From Patellaria atrata CBS 101060 (lineage: Eukaryota): a DNA stretch of 64,000 bases. Below, piece by piece: positions 51,298-64,000 of the stretch. Under the pieces are notes generated by a model that saw nothing but the letters and a program-made list of their open reading frames with translations, did not search any database and was not told where the DNA came from. Positions within the stretch are counted from its first letter, which is position 1. Every line of letters begins with the position of its first letter. Position numbers and translations under genes: made by a program. The DNA is taken from the NCBI GenBank assembly GCA_010093705.1, contig MU006100.1, positions 1 to 64,000 of the forward strand, written 5' to 3'.

Positions 51298-52013
51298 AAA
51301 GAAATATCAGGTCGGGGGTGATTTTGAGCATAGGACTTTAGTGTCAGGTCATGGTACTAGGACCATTAGCACGATGAGAGAGGATAGTGAGCATATTGAA
51401 AGTGGGCTTGGTAAGTTTCAGTGTACACAATGGGGGCTTTGCTAGCCGTAAGGGGTTGGGTGTCTGGCGCTGAAAATACATTTCATGGTGTTCATAGTTT
51501 ATAATAGTTCTAAAAATCATTGGCACATCCCAATATCTCTTTGAAATACTCGTTGATCTCTAGCCTGCATGCATACCAATCCAGATAGGGTAAGGTGCAT
51601 TGGGCTGCTGACTCAGCGTTTGGTGTTTTACCTTGTTCTAAAAAGAAACCTCCACAGACAACGACTTCCAACTCATTCTTTCCCTCGAAATGGTTGTAAA
51701 CTAGGATTCATCTATATATCCCTCATGTGTCTGCTCTGGTACTCTGCTAAGCCCTAAGATATAGTACTTGATAACCCATTTGATCCGCTTAATCGCGGGC
51801 CGAGGTCGAGCTCTCAGCATGGATATAAGCAATCCGCTACGTATACGCAAGCTTTAGGCCTCCTGCAGAGGAGTAATCGCCGACGTAGAACTATAAGTAT
51901 AAGCCTGTCTTTTGGATATTCATCTTAACGTGAACTCAGTTCACTTGACCAAGTTCCTCATCAAAGTCTCAGCTCTCAACTTCTCCATCTCAAAATCAAC
52001 TTCCTTCTCCATT

Positions 52014-53345
52014 ATGTCGTCTTCATCTTCATCTGTACTACAATTACAAGAACTCGACTCCCTCACTGTAACATTGATCGTCGACAACGAACTGGACATC
52101 TTTACGCCCGTGCCGCCGGAAAAGGTTCAAGCTTACGGGAATCTCGGTCACGTGGCGCTGCAAGAGCCCGAAGATGTCACTGACAGAGGCGAGTGTAGGA
52201 GAGAAATCAAGATGGGGAGTATTTGTTGCGCTGCGTTAGGCTTGAGCGTTTTGATGGTATGTTGGTTTTCGAATTTGTGAGGTAGATGGGGACGCATGGG
52301 AGGTGATGTAATTATGCGCTGAGGATAGGGATACTACTGACGGGTGTTTATAGACCGCTAGGAAAGGAGATATCGAGCACTCTTTGTTATTTGATACCGG
52401 ACCAGATGGAACTCTTTGGAAAGCAAATGCTAAAAGGCTAAAGCTGGATCTTGCGCCCGTCGAGGTTGTTTTTCTGTCTCATTGGCATAGAGATCATTCT
52501 GGTATATCCCTCAATCCTCTATCCTCTTAGTCAACAACCTCATGACGCTAACCGCATTTAATAGGTGGTATGTTGGATGCCATTCATACTATCAAATCCG
52601 CGAAAAAGTTAAACTATGCTGCTCCACGGGAGTTGGTAGCTGATCTGCATCCTGCGCGACCCGACTATAGGGGGTTTAGGTTTGCGGAGCAGTTCATCAG
52701 TATGGAGGCGGATCCGTCCTTCCCCGAAATAGACCACGCTGGCGGTAAGGTTGACAAACAGTCCAAGTCGCATACTGTCCTGGATGATATGTTCCTCGTC
52801 TCCGGAGAAATCCCGAGGCAGACTAGTTATGAGATCGGACTGCCGAATGGAGTCAGGTTTGAGAAAGATACAGGAGGGTGGAAGAAGGACGAGGAGATCA
52901 CAGATGAGAGGTTCGTGGTCTGTAATGTGAAAGGTATGCTATTTCCCTTTCCACTTCCCTTCCCCCATACGCTTCCGCCAACTTCCCTCCAAACTTCCTT
53001 CCTTCCTTTCCCTACACAAATTTCCCTTAACTGTAAGTAGACAAGGGACTCGTAGTTCTAACCGGCTGCTCCCACGCCGGGGTTGTCAACACCTCGCGCC
53101 ACGCCGTCTCTCTTGTACCAAATACTCCTCTCCACGCCGTCCTTGGGGGATACCACTTAGCCAACAGTCCACCTGAGCAGATAGCAGCAACTATCAGCGA
53201 CCTAGAGGCCTTAGAACCAGACCTACTGATGCCCGGTCATTGTACGGGATGGAAAGCGAAGTTTGCGATGCAGCATTCCCTTCCGGGTAGAGTCGTGCCA
53301 ACGAGTGTGGGAATGAGTTACACTTTCTTGTCACCCAGAAGTTGA
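52014..53345 (+). CDS. Metallo-beta-lactamase-fold protein
   Basis: Exons 52014-52256, 52354-52501, 52565-52933, 53041-53345. LFDTGP, LSHWHRDHSGG (HxHxDH), LTGCSHAG, GGYHL, PGHCTG. Confidence 0.9.
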
Positions 53346-54003
53346 AAAGGAAAAGTAAAAGAGAGAAATCATAAAAATTTCAGAACATTGTATTTTGCAT
53401 TCTATATTTCGCCCAAAATGGTGGGTGGCATGCTTATGTAAGCGTGTGACGATGCAGCCTCAGACACCTGATCAGATGACCAGGCACCACACGAAAGACC
53501 ACTGACATCAGATGAGTACTTCAAGTCGCTCACCCGCACATTTTGTTTCTCAACCATTTCTGCGCCCCTTCTCGCTCTCATAAAAATGTTTGTGCCCTTT
53601 AGTCTACCCTTCTCTCACCGAGGTCATCTAAGACCAAAAAGGGCACCAGGTACATCTGTACCCTCTAGATGACTTGAGCACCGCCCACGAGGATCACATT
53701 AAGGGATACTATATAAATCGTAGCCTTTTGTCCCTCTGAGGAATAGTGCTCCCAATTTCGTTCTTTACCTTCAACTCAAATATCAGTCTACGCTCTTTGC
53801 ACAATTCAAGTTACAACTTACAAGTCACTCTCACTGCAACAGCCTCAACCACAATACAACCCACGATCTACCATCAGAACAGTATTACAACGCTCAGCTG
53901 TTCTATTTCACGCAAATTGCGTCCCGTTGCTCATCTCTCGCCTTGTACACCTCCCAAACCTTCCCTAAAAGGCGCCGCAATATACCTCTGAATCCCATCC
54001 ACA

Positions 54004-54504
54004 ATGCGCCGCACCTTCTCCCTCCATGCCTCCCGCACCCGCGACCGCGAAAACGACTACCAAATTCTCCCCTTCCCCTCGCGACCCTCCCACACCTCCC
54101 CCCGTCCCTGCTGTCCACCCTTCTACCCCGTCCCCACGGTCCCCCCTCCACCCCTCCCAGACCACTGCGACATCCCGATCCGTGAGCCCTGCCGAACTCC
54201 ACTGCGGTGCCGTTCTCCAAGTCCCCCACGTCCCCGTTTCCGGATCGTCAGACCCTCGTGGTCATCTTCGTCCTCGTCCTCGTCTTCGTCGAGCAGTTCG
54301 AGCTCGAGCGATAGCAGTTGTCACCGCGGTCGGAGTCGGAAGAGGGAGGTTAGGATCGTGAGGCGCAGACGGCAGGTTAGGGAGCTCGAGGATGATGTTA
54401 GGAGGTTGGAGGTTGAGGTACATTGGTGGAGGAGGGTAAGGGAGGTTAGGGTCTGGTGGGAGAGGGAGACGGATTGGAGGAGTCCGTGGTCGAGGAGGTG
54501 CTAG
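54004..54504 (+). CDS. Hypothetical Pro/Ser/Arg-rich low-complexity protein
   Basis: 166-aa ORF with ACAATG start context, upstream TATAAA at ~53712, poly-Ser tract and a short coiled coil. Confidence 0.45.
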   Translation: MRRTFSLHASRTRDRENDYQILPFPSRPSHTSPRPCCPPFYPVPTVPPPPLPDHCDIPIREPCRTPLRCRSPSPPRPRFRIVRPSWSSSSSSSSSSSSSSSSDSSCHRGRSRKREVRIVRRRRQVRELEDDVRRLEVEVHWWRRVREVRVWWERETDWRSPWSRRC

Positions 54505-55152
54505 AGCTAGGATAGTCGTTGGGTTGTGAATTGGAGTCTGAGATGTTCGATGTGGATCGTCTACCCGAGTAGTTATTGTGAATTTGGGTGTTCGGTGTAC
54601 GGTTTCATGGACGGTTTCCCTTTGTTCTGGCACTTTTCGACTATTTGGCGGCATTTGTGGTTGATGAGATACCCGGTTTGTTCTTCATCTATTCGGTTTG
54701 GGTGCTTATAATGGTATTATGGTGTGGGAATTGGAGATTGAGGTTTGGGAAGTATGGGAAATTTCCATTCATTAGTGATGGATCTCATTGTTCGTCCCTT
54801 TGCTCGATGGAAGGAATCGATCTGGTCACTCATTGATTTTCCTCCGTTTGTTGTCTAATGAGAAATGCGAACCTAATACCAGACTTCTATGTCCTTTTAC
54901 TCGTGGTTAATTTGATGAGCATAAGGGATACTTCCTGAATAAAGTAAGAAAATTGCATAATGTAATCAACTACACAAAAGAATATTCGATTCCCCAACTC
55001 CCATATCACACTCTCTATTACCTCACTCAGATGGATACCATTCCAAACCCTATCCAACGCAAACACCAACAATACTCTCCATCAAATCCAGCACCCAGCT
55101 AAAACCCCCACCCTCCCTTCCAAATCCTTAAGCCACCCCTCCACAAGCGCCC

Positions 55153-55500
55153 TTAAGTCCTCCGCCCCCGTTCCCCCTCCTCCTTCCAATCACTCACCAA
55201 AGCCCTCACCTCCTCAGGACGCGCATCCCCCCTAACATTCTCCTCCTTCCAAGCGCGCAACTGCTCCCCCACCTCAGCATACCGCTTCTGCTCATGGTCC
55301 AGCTTCGCCTGCAACTCACGCGCCTCGGCGGGCGGTGTGGTTTCGGAGATGTTGTTGACGAGGGCCGTGAGGACGTCGTGGGATGCGCGGATGGCGATGA
55401 GTTTGGTGCGGATTGAGAGGAGGGTTTTGTCCTTTGGGAGGAAGGAGTCGACGTCGAGGGGTTTGTTGTCATTGTCGTCGTTGGTTGGGGGGTGGGACAT
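55153..55500 (-). CDS. Hypothetical small coiled-coil protein
   Basis: 115-aa GC3-rich ORF with helical composition and GAAATG start. Confidence 0.55.
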   Translation of the reverse strand: MSHPPTNDDNDNKPLDVDSFLPKDKTLLSIRTKLIAIRASHDVLTALVNNISETTPPAEARELQAKLDHEQKRYAEVGEQLRAWKEENVRGDARPEEVRALVSDWKEEGERGRRT

Positions 55501-55889
55501 TTCGGATTCTGGCTAGGGAGGTTGTGATTGTGTTCTTTGACTTGGGATAGGTGAGGGGAATGGTGGTTGAAAGGGGGAAATAAGAGGGATAGTTGTGTAG
55601 AGGTGACTGCGGTGATTTTATGCTGCTTGGAAGGTAAAACACTTCCCGTCTGTTTGGATTGACAAACATATCTTGGGGATGTGGGATGGTGGTCAAGCAG
55701 GGAGGTCTTCCGTGTTGAAAATCTTTTTACATAGGGAGATATATAGAACCATAGTTCTGGAAATCGAGATGAGCATAGATATGTTTCCTAATCAAGTAGT
55801 CTGACATGATGTTACCTTTATCCTGCTTGCGTGACATCTCTGCAAACACGTCTATGCAATCATGGTATATTCTTAGGAAAGGTATATAA

Positions 55890-56428
55890 TTGTGTCAAGC
55901 TCTAAGCTGTTGGCATCTACAGAGCGTTTCTGAATCACACATTGAAAGAAACTATATACCAAAACTGAAGATAACAACATCATTCGAAGGGTTATGCGCA
56001 AAGTCTGAGTCCTTTCTCGCGGAGATTCGATCGGCTGAAGCGTCTTGGAGAAACTCCAGGAACAAAAGTGATAAAACAAACAATGAGCGGGAGAAGATTC
56101 AACTGAAAATTGAATATTTGGAAAAGAATACGATTGGGCTTCTGACAAGTTCAACAAGATTATGGAAGACTCTGAAAAATTCGATCGGAATGCCAAAGCG
56201 CTTCAACAGGAACTTAATTCATGGGGCCTTCAAATCTAAGCGTCGATGTCTACGGCAGAGAAAGCTCTCGAAAGTACTATCGATGAGACCAAGGAGTTGA
56301 GCGACTCAAGAAGGAAGAGAAAGCGGGATGTAGAGGACTCTCTCGAAAGGTTGGAGGAGCGGTTGAATGAAGTGGACACTGATTTGGACAGGGAGATAAA
56401 CAAGCCCAAGGCTCTAGGGGTTTCATAA
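55890..56428 (+). pseudogene. Probable disrupted coiled-coil gene
   Basis: Coiled-coil-like reading continues across a one-base frameshift at ~56122-56125 and an in-frame TAA at 56237-56239. The 5' boundary is uncertain. Confidence 0.5.
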
Positions 56429-56837
56429 AGAGGAAAGCGAATAACTAGGAACTTGAGAAGAGAACAAGATTCAACATCCCCGGAGCCGATTTAAGAGTCA
56501 TTTCACCAAGGTGAATATGAAGTAATAGGTACTCAGGTATGTTTTTCAGTAAAGTAGAAGTTATCCTGAACGAAAACTTGAAGAATAATACTAGATTGAA
56601 TGGAAATACATTTGAAAAAATTATCATATTGTCAAATGTGGAGCATATGACCATGTGACTTATTCGCGCGTGAGTACCTGCTTCTTTGTAAGACATGCGA
56701 TGAAAGGCTCACGTGCCTAAGACATTTCTTCCCCATTTTACTTGAGTTCAGACATGCTGGTCTAGTCTTGAACCTCATCTCAATATCATGTCCTCTGAAC
56801 ATATAACACTTGTACACCGTCAGCTACTCTTAACACC

Positions 56838-57335
56838 ATGAACGATGCCAGACTCACTTTCCCACCAAACAAATGGTCCCTCTTCTTGCCCGCTCTAGAC
56901 CCGGACAAAGACACGAGCGAGCAGAACATCCAAGCTCGCAAAGCTTGGGATGCACAAGTCAGGTGTGAAGAAAAGAAAGAGACGCCAAGGGCGTGGAGAA
57001 TCATCCTCTACGATCCACTCAAACGTAAATTTTCGGAAAACCCAATATCAACTGACGACACCATACACAACGAGTTCACGAAATTGAAAGAGCGAGCTGA
57101 TTACCTAGAGCAAGAGAGGTCGTTTACTGGGATGTTGGTGGACCAACTGGCTCGAGAAGCTGGCAGCGCCTACGAGGAGATGTTTGAGATTGAAGAAGAA
57201 TTCATGGAAGCAACAGATAGATGGAAATATACGGTGGATGGCTATGAGAGGAATCTCGAGCGCGCGAACAGGACCATCCAACTTCTGCAAGCGTTACTTA
57301 AGGTTGCGGATGAGAAGGGAATTAATCAGAAATGA
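56838..57335 (+). CDS. Hypothetical coiled-coil protein
   Basis: 165-aa ORF, CACCATG context, acidic heptad-rich C-terminal half. Confidence 0.55.
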   Translation: MNDARLTFPPNKWSLFLPALDPDKDTSEQNIQARKAWDAQVRCEEKKETPRAWRIILYDPLKRKFSENPISTDDTIHNEFTKLKERADYLEQERSFTGMLVDQLAREAGSAYEEMFEIEEEFMEATDRWKYTVDGYERNLERANRTIQLLQALLKVADEKGINQK

Positions 57336-57951
57336 AGTGAGATTGACACCTCATTTGTAGACAACATGAGAAGAGATTACTGATGATTCTAAAAGGGCAG
57401 TTCCTGTTAGCGGATGACCAAGTCTTGAAAAACACTTATTGCATTTCAGGGACAGAAACAGATGTTATTTGGAACAAGAGAAGTCGGGAAGTGTGATGAT
57501 GAAGATATCAGCCCTACGAGCTTTTCGGTTTATATATTGACGAAGTAAATGATATAATGAATATGCGATACCGTGATCTTTTCTTTGATAAATGATGACA
57601 CCGTCGTAAATTTGAGTGGGGGAATAAAAACGTTCTCCCATTACCTTCTGTGGAGGGAAGGTTGATTGTCCTGAATCAATAGCCATTCCTTTTTTACGGG
57701 ATGCCCTATCTTCAGGCCACTACAGAGCACATACACCAAAGAATGTATCTCTAAAATCTACACGCACGTAACCAGATCCATCCAATTGATATTGCTTCTA
57801 TGGTATTTTTGAGCAGCGCCGAACACCTTACAGACTCATGTGATCGCCTGAAAGCCAGTCCTAACCTTTTTGGAGGATGCCGCCCGTAATGTAATGAAGC
57901 AAGATAATAAGCGATGGAGAGAAACAATAAGCCTCCCCTGGGTGAATATTC

Positions 57952-59534
57952 TCAGGGATTTATGCTAAGTTCTCCTGCCTTAACCTTCTTTGCCTCACCC
58001 TGAGTTTCAGATGCGTCTTCGAGAGCGCGCTTCTTGCCAGGAGACTCCAAACCCTTTCGGGGAGGTTCTGCGCCTGCGGTTGCGTTCTCCTTGGGGCTCC
58101 TGTAAGGGGGAGATACCGAACTCTCCACAATAGGAATACCACTACAACAGGTTAGCGTTGTGTATCTAACATGTATCGGCTTACTTACTGAGCGTCGACC
58201 CTCCTCTTAGGGCTTGCACTCTTCTCCTTCCTCTTGGGCTTATCACTCTTCCCATTTTGGAAATCTTTCCTACGCCCATTCCAATCTCTCTCATCCCTGT
58301 TGCCCGGCCTGCGGTCTCTATCCCGACGATCACGTCCCCTGTCAAACCGACCTCCACCACGACCACCACGACCAGCTCTGGCTCCGTTGTTTCCCCTATA
58401 CTTGTCTCTGTTGTCATGTCGATCAGATGATTTCCCATCATTCTTCATCTTGCCCGCGTATTCTTTCCCTTTCAACACCACATATGCATCCTTGCTCATG
58501 ATCAATAGGTCCTGTCCATTCCACTTGGGCTTTGGATCGAGAGCTAGGAAGGCCTGTTGAGCTTCCTCGGTTTGAAATCCAACAAACACGCTTTCCTTGA
58601 ACTTGTTGTAATCCTCACTCTGGGGGTTAGTTTCACGGCGGAGTCTAACTTCTTCGATGGGTCCATACGGTGCAAAGAACGCTTCAAGGTCAAGTTGAGT
58701 AGTTGGAGTCTCCTTACCGAAACCTTTGACATACACAGCTCTGTGATGATTTGCAGACTGGTACACCTTCCGATTTTCATGTACGTCGGTGCTATAATTC
58801 TTCGAAAGCGGTTCCCTACGCCTGACTTCGTCGTTTTCGTTGACTTCGACGAATTTGCTGTCTTTGAGAGCAGCGACTACAGCGGAATATGGTTGGAATC
58901 GTTTCATGCGCTTAAAACCGTGAATATACTTGATCGCGATCGGGTTGTTAGCCGCGCCACCGACTTTGTTTAGGAGATTTTGATCCTTGTGAAGGTTGGC
59001 TTCCGAGAAGTAAAACTCTACTTGTTTACGAATCTCATCCGGATCATCGGTCTCAGGGAGATGGTCATACTGTGAGACGGGCTTTTGACCTCTCTTCTCG
59101 TACCTCTTCCCATTGTGTTTCCCATCAGTATTGCGCTTGTTATCCTCGTACTTCCTCTTGTCATTGGAATCAGAACCGTTCTTGACGGTAGCTTCTGATG
59201 TAACAACTTATTAGCATAATCAATACCAAGATACCGAGGGTAACGTACCTTTGTCAGCTTCAGTTGCTGGTTTGGGCTCGTCTGCTTTCGATGCCTCTAC
59301 TTTGGTTTCACCTGCTTTGGATCCCTCTGCTTTGGTGTCGCCCGTATTAGATTCGTCTGCTTTTATTTCGACTTCCTGAGGTTTCTCTTCCTTAGATGCC
59401 TCGGATTTAAGTCCCTCCTCCTTGGAATCTACATCCATAGCATTTTCGGTTGTAGCTGGAGTAGGTTCGGGTTGGGCTGGTACTTCTGAGGCAACGACGG
59501 CTTTGCTCTCAGATTTGAGCTCTTCGTCTACCAT
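57952..59534 (-). CDS. LHP1: La/SSB RNA-binding protein (La motif + RRM)
   Basis: Introns 59195-59248 and ~58142-58188. IRKQVEFYFSEANL..D, IHGFKRMKRF, RRM AVYVKGF...FKESVFVGF, RGG-rich tail. Confidence 0.92.
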
Positions 59535-60039
59535 ATTGACGATAACTAAAGTGGACGTAGTAGGAAAACACAAGAAAAAATTGGTGTTGAGCAACTTCCG
59601 ACTCTGAGCTTTTGTAGTTGGGCCGGGCTTTCTTGCTCAAGCTTTCGGAGAGCTCGTGGTGCTGCCTGGAGCTACTAGCTATAAAACTAGCGACAAGATG
59701 GATGCAAAATCGAGATAGAATGAGTCGCGGGTATCAATTGTAGATAATTTCGGTGCGACAATGATCAACAAGAAAGAAAATTGGTGTTTTCGCGGGGTTG
59801 AAGCAAAATTGGACGTTCCCGTCGAGATCAAGTGGGAGAGGTTGGGCGGACCGTGCACGAAAAGCTTGCGCCAAGATTTTAGAGTGACAATAGCCACGAA
59901 TGTTTCTATTGTTCGGCTTTTCTACGGCATTAAAGGGGCCCATGCGGAGAGCTTTCGATATTTTGTTGCTCCAGGAGAGCCGCAAGAGATCCAAGGTATT
60001 TCATTCGTCTAAGGTAGTCATACCGTCCGATCTTTCAAG

Positions 60040-61524
60040 ATGCGGAAGAGATTTCACAACCTCAAAAGACCGGTATATACTCCAATGCTCAATTCATACT
60101 TGGATGACTATTAACCCCTATCAGAAAATACGACAAGACTGGAGCAAATGGACTCTCTACAACCTCTCCCGCCAAAAAATCCCTTCAACCATCGGCAGAA
60201 CCTTCTTCCAGCAAAAGTGGACAGCCAAATCCCACTCTCGTGCCTACCACGGAGAACAGATTAGAGAAAAGCAATGGCAGCGCATGTTCAAGACCCAGCT
60301 GCCCGCTGTGGTTCCTATGAACTACCGCGAGCTTGCCCAAGATGACGGGTCCAAACAGTCCGCAGGTAGAGGTTCTGGTCAGGATGAGGAAGAAAGAAGT
60401 CGAGCAAAACAACGGACGCCGTATCCGCAAATGACGTATTGGCCGGTCGAGAGACGGTTGGATACCGCTATTTTCAGGGCAATGTTTGCGAGTAGTACGA
60501 GACAGGCGCGGCAGTTTGTCGTTCACGGACGCGTCAAGGTCAACGGGAAAAAGGTATGACAAACTTCGATGGCCACGGGAATGGGATGTTGATGATATAT
60601 TAGATGATATACCCCGGATATCTCCTCAATCCAGGAGACATGTTCCAGGTCGACGTCGACCGCGTCATGTACGCTACCGGCCAACGCAAGGACCAGCCTG
60701 AACCCAAAGAAGAAGAATTGGGCGTGCATTACGATATGGTAGAAGACATGGCTGAGATGGTCGCCCGTGCCATTGGATCCGACCGCAAGCCATCGAAACG
60801 GAAACCTGGAACAACCGAACCCGCAGAAGAGCCATCCCAGGACAACTCCGAAGCCGCAACAGAAGCATCTCCCCGGGCTACAGAAGAGGACAGCAAGAAC
60901 AAGAAACTGAAGACCAAACGCGAGCCAAAACCGCCTCCTGTCGCAGACGCCAAAAATGCACTCAAAGAGCTCTTATCACAAACCAAATCCCTCCTCTCCG
61001 ACCCACCAAAATCCTCCACCCTGACCGCAAAACGCAAGCAAGACCTCCGCGCGCTCCGCACAGTCCTGCAAAAAACCCTCCCCCGGGCCGAACAAACGGT
61101 GCCCGAAGCGCTCGAATCCCTCCGCACCCAACTCGCCGACCTCAAAGTGCGAATCGCAGCCCCACAAAAGAAACCCGACTCCTTCCGCGAATCCCCCAAA
61201 GAACCAGAAGAACCCGCGGACCCGGCCCTCGAAATGCTCAAGGAAAACTTCTCCGAGGCCTCCGGCTCCCTCCTCCAAGAGGCGTTGGAACTCGCCAAGG
61301 ACAACCCCGTCGACAAACGCCTGCCCTACCGCACCCCCTGGCGGCCGCGAGACTACATGAGCGCTTTCGCTTTCATACCGCGGTATCTGGAGGTCAATCA
61401 GAATATCTGCTCCGCGGTGTACTTGCGGCATCCGGTTGCGCGGCCCGGGTTGGCGGAGGTGCCGACACCGTTTCATCCCGAGACGAGCCAGTTGGCTTTT
61501 ACGTGGTATTTGAGACGGCGGTAG
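60040..61524 (+). CDS. NAM9: Mitochondrial small-subunit ribosomal protein uS4m
   Basis: Exons 60040-60072, 60125-60552, 60604-61524. [18 protein letters not shown]4 domain [32 protein letters not shown]-terminal AFIPRYLEV...WYLRRR. Confidence 0.95.
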
Positions 61525-62535
61525 AAAAGGGAATGCGCCTGTGAAAGTGTGTGTAAGTGTATAGGGTGGTGTCGATTCATTTTTTTCGAAATGTATTCCT
61601 CTTTATCGATAGATGTAGAAATACCACGCTTTTCCAATCACGCTCTCTCTGCATGTGTTGCGAAACTCCTAGGAATTGAACTTGTGCGAGTCAACGAGAT
61701 AGACGCCGTATCCCGGGAGTGTAGATATCTAATCAGTATCGTGCTACAATCTGTTCATCCGTTATATGCTACGTACCTCATCGTTGCGATGTCATGCCAA
61801 TGTCTCTAGATCCAAGTTAACCCCTTATAACATCTCAAAGCTACTGATAGGCCAACACGATCCCTAGATCCCAACCACCGCACATGATGAAAGCGCTTAT
61901 AGTCGATTTCCCATCCAGGCCGTGGGACGATATAGTTCACGGGCCTACCTTATCCACATCTCCTCCAACCCCGAACCCCAAGCAGCAGTCACAGCACGAC
62001 ATCACATCACGCTCACTCACTCACTCACCCACAGACGCAAAAAGTCCCACGAATCAATTACACAGTCACAACTAAGACTTCATAACCACTAAAAGCAGAG
62101 AAAGAAACACCGATGACTAAGGTGAGAACAAATATGAGAACAGAAAGAGGAGACGCAAACTCCAAAGAGCTCCGATACCACAGTCGCCGCGACTCGGACG
62201 CCGGTAGCACTTCATCACCAGATCCCAAATATAATTCATCGAAAGGAAGTGAGGATAGAGGATTGGGTGAAGGGGGGGGTTCGAACAACTACAGAAGGGT
62301 ACTGTACTTCTCCGTTTCGTATTGCCCTCTCCCCTGGTCCTAGTGAAGAGAATCCATGATCAAATCCCGATGGCGGCTAAAAGAAGAGAAGGGGAGAATT
62401 GAATAAACACAAAGCTCAACCTCGGGCGTATCAACAAACCAATTTCCGTAGTCCCATAACCTTAGCATGAAACATCGTATCTACCTCCACCGTATTCTCA
62501 TGTTGTTGGGATAAGACTGTACTTGGGGGAGGTAC

Positions 62536-64000
62536 TTAGGTATACGACCTCATCGCGTCCAAATACCCAGTTCCGCCCTTCAAATCCCTATCAAAACTCT
62601 CTGCAACCTCGAGCACCCTTTTGATATGCTCGAGACTCAACTTCATCTTTTCATTTACAGCGAGAGCCTGAGCCGTCCTGACCACGTTCTTGATCTATTC
62701 AAATATTAGCATAACTCACCATATCCCAAGACGCAAAAGGGTTACTCACCTGTCGTCCGTTAAGGTTCTTCCTAGCCAACTCGTCGTAATCCCGTTCCTG
62801 GAAAGGCATGATCTCAATGCCTTCCATAACGCGCACCTTCTCCAAGAACATCTTCCAGATCTCCTTCTTGGCTCTGGCAGACAGCTCTTCGTACCTCAGC
62901 GCGACATGAATACGGGACTGGAAAGCATCGTCGAATGTCTCAACGCGGTTGGTGGTCAAGAACAAGATACCCTGGAAATATTCGAGGAGGCGGAGGAAGA
63001 TGGAGACGAGGGCATTGCGGTGAATGTCGTGAACTTCGCGCTTTTCGAGGAAGACGTCTGCTTCATCAAGTAGAAGAACTGAAAACAAAACATTAGTATT
63101 ATAAAGTTTTGTTCAAGGGAAAGGATGTTCTTACCAGCACCCCAACTGTGCGCAATATCCATGATCTTTTGCAACTCATGCTCTAACATCCTACTATCCG
63201 TACCCAACTCACCCGCACTGACGGCATAAAGCGGACATTTCAAGAATTCCGCAATACCCTCCGCCGTCAGTGTCTTACCTACACCGGGAGGACCATGTAG
63301 CACGAAGACGAGACCGCGGCCCTTGCCTTGCACGACATCGTCGATAGTCTCGGCGGCGTGGAACTTGTGGGTTGAGACGAGTGCCGAGACAATGCTCTTC
63401 TGATTCGCGGGGAGGACTAGCGACTCGAACGCGCCTTCGTTCCATTCGATATCTCGCACTCCGGACAAGGAAAACTCGAGCCAGAGTTTCTCTGAGAACG
63501 CAAATCCAAGGACTACCGGGGAAGCAATGAGTAGCTCTTCGGGGGTGAATTCTTGCTTCTTAGCATCATCACCCTCAAGTGTATCCAGCTTCTCAGTATG
63601 AATTTCTAAGCCATCGTCATCAACGGGAACACGGACGACATGCGGTTTGTCATCAGAATCGAAGATAACCTTAAGCTTTGTCTTCTCCTTATCCTCGCCC
63701 TCTTCAAGGTTCTGCGGGCCCTCTGCACCCTCAGGCTGCTCGTCGCTCTCGCTGTCGGCACAGCAGTCATCACACTCATCATCGGTGTCATTAACCAGAT
63801 CATCCGGGTCCTTTGGTTTGATCAACGAGATCGAATAATTTGGATTGATGCGTCTGAAGATAGCAGGATCGATCATGATACGGCCGTTGATATTGACTTT
63901 CGCAACAGCCTTCTTCTTCTTCTGGAAAGCAAGACCCTTGTGGAAGCGATAGTTCATACCTGTCATGTTCACAAAGCGAGTACCACGTTCGATGAGCTGC
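62536..64000 (-). CDS. Fungal AAA+ ATPase (3' part; 5' end beyond window)
   Basis: Introns 63079-63134 and 62695-62749. Walker A GPPGVGKTLTAE, Walker B LLLDEADVFLE, FLTTNRV..FDDAFQSRIH, LNGRQIKN; stop at 62536. Confidence 0.92.

Noticed and set aside
59900..60124. Listed ORF start 59900 as the NAM9 N-terminus
   Set aside because: A better model starts at ATG 60040 ([11 protein letters not shown]) and splices 60073-60124 into the conserved frame.

Overview
Filamentous ascomycete (Pezizomycotina-type) nuclear DNA, judged from short GT-AG introns with CTAAC/CTGAC branch sites, a fungal EF-3 gene and a RIP-like mutation pattern. Coordinates were read by eye and may be off by a few bases. Positions 1-~23,400 form an extremely AT-rich block of nested, RIP-decayed Ty3/gypsy chromovirus retrotransposons. 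It includes one copy with both LTRs and a 5-bp TSD, self-priming PBS signatures, a probable hAT terminus, and a short near-unmutated LTR/PBS/gag fragment just outside the block. Positions ~24,900-64,000 are gene-rich. In order they hold: an NAD(P)-binding oxidoreductase, a JEN1-like carboxylate transporter, an Egt2-like PLP C-S lyase, a GST, a head-to-head pair of an atypical non-RD protein kinase and a CorA-like two-TM (GMN) protein, a single-TM protein, EF-3, eIF5B, a metallo-beta-lactamase-fold protein, several small orphans and a pseudogene, La (LHP1) head-to-head with NAM9, and an AAA+ ATPase cut by the window edge. The best candidate for an undescribed system is the kinase/CorA-like pair, inferred to be a possible fungal immunity or cell-death module.
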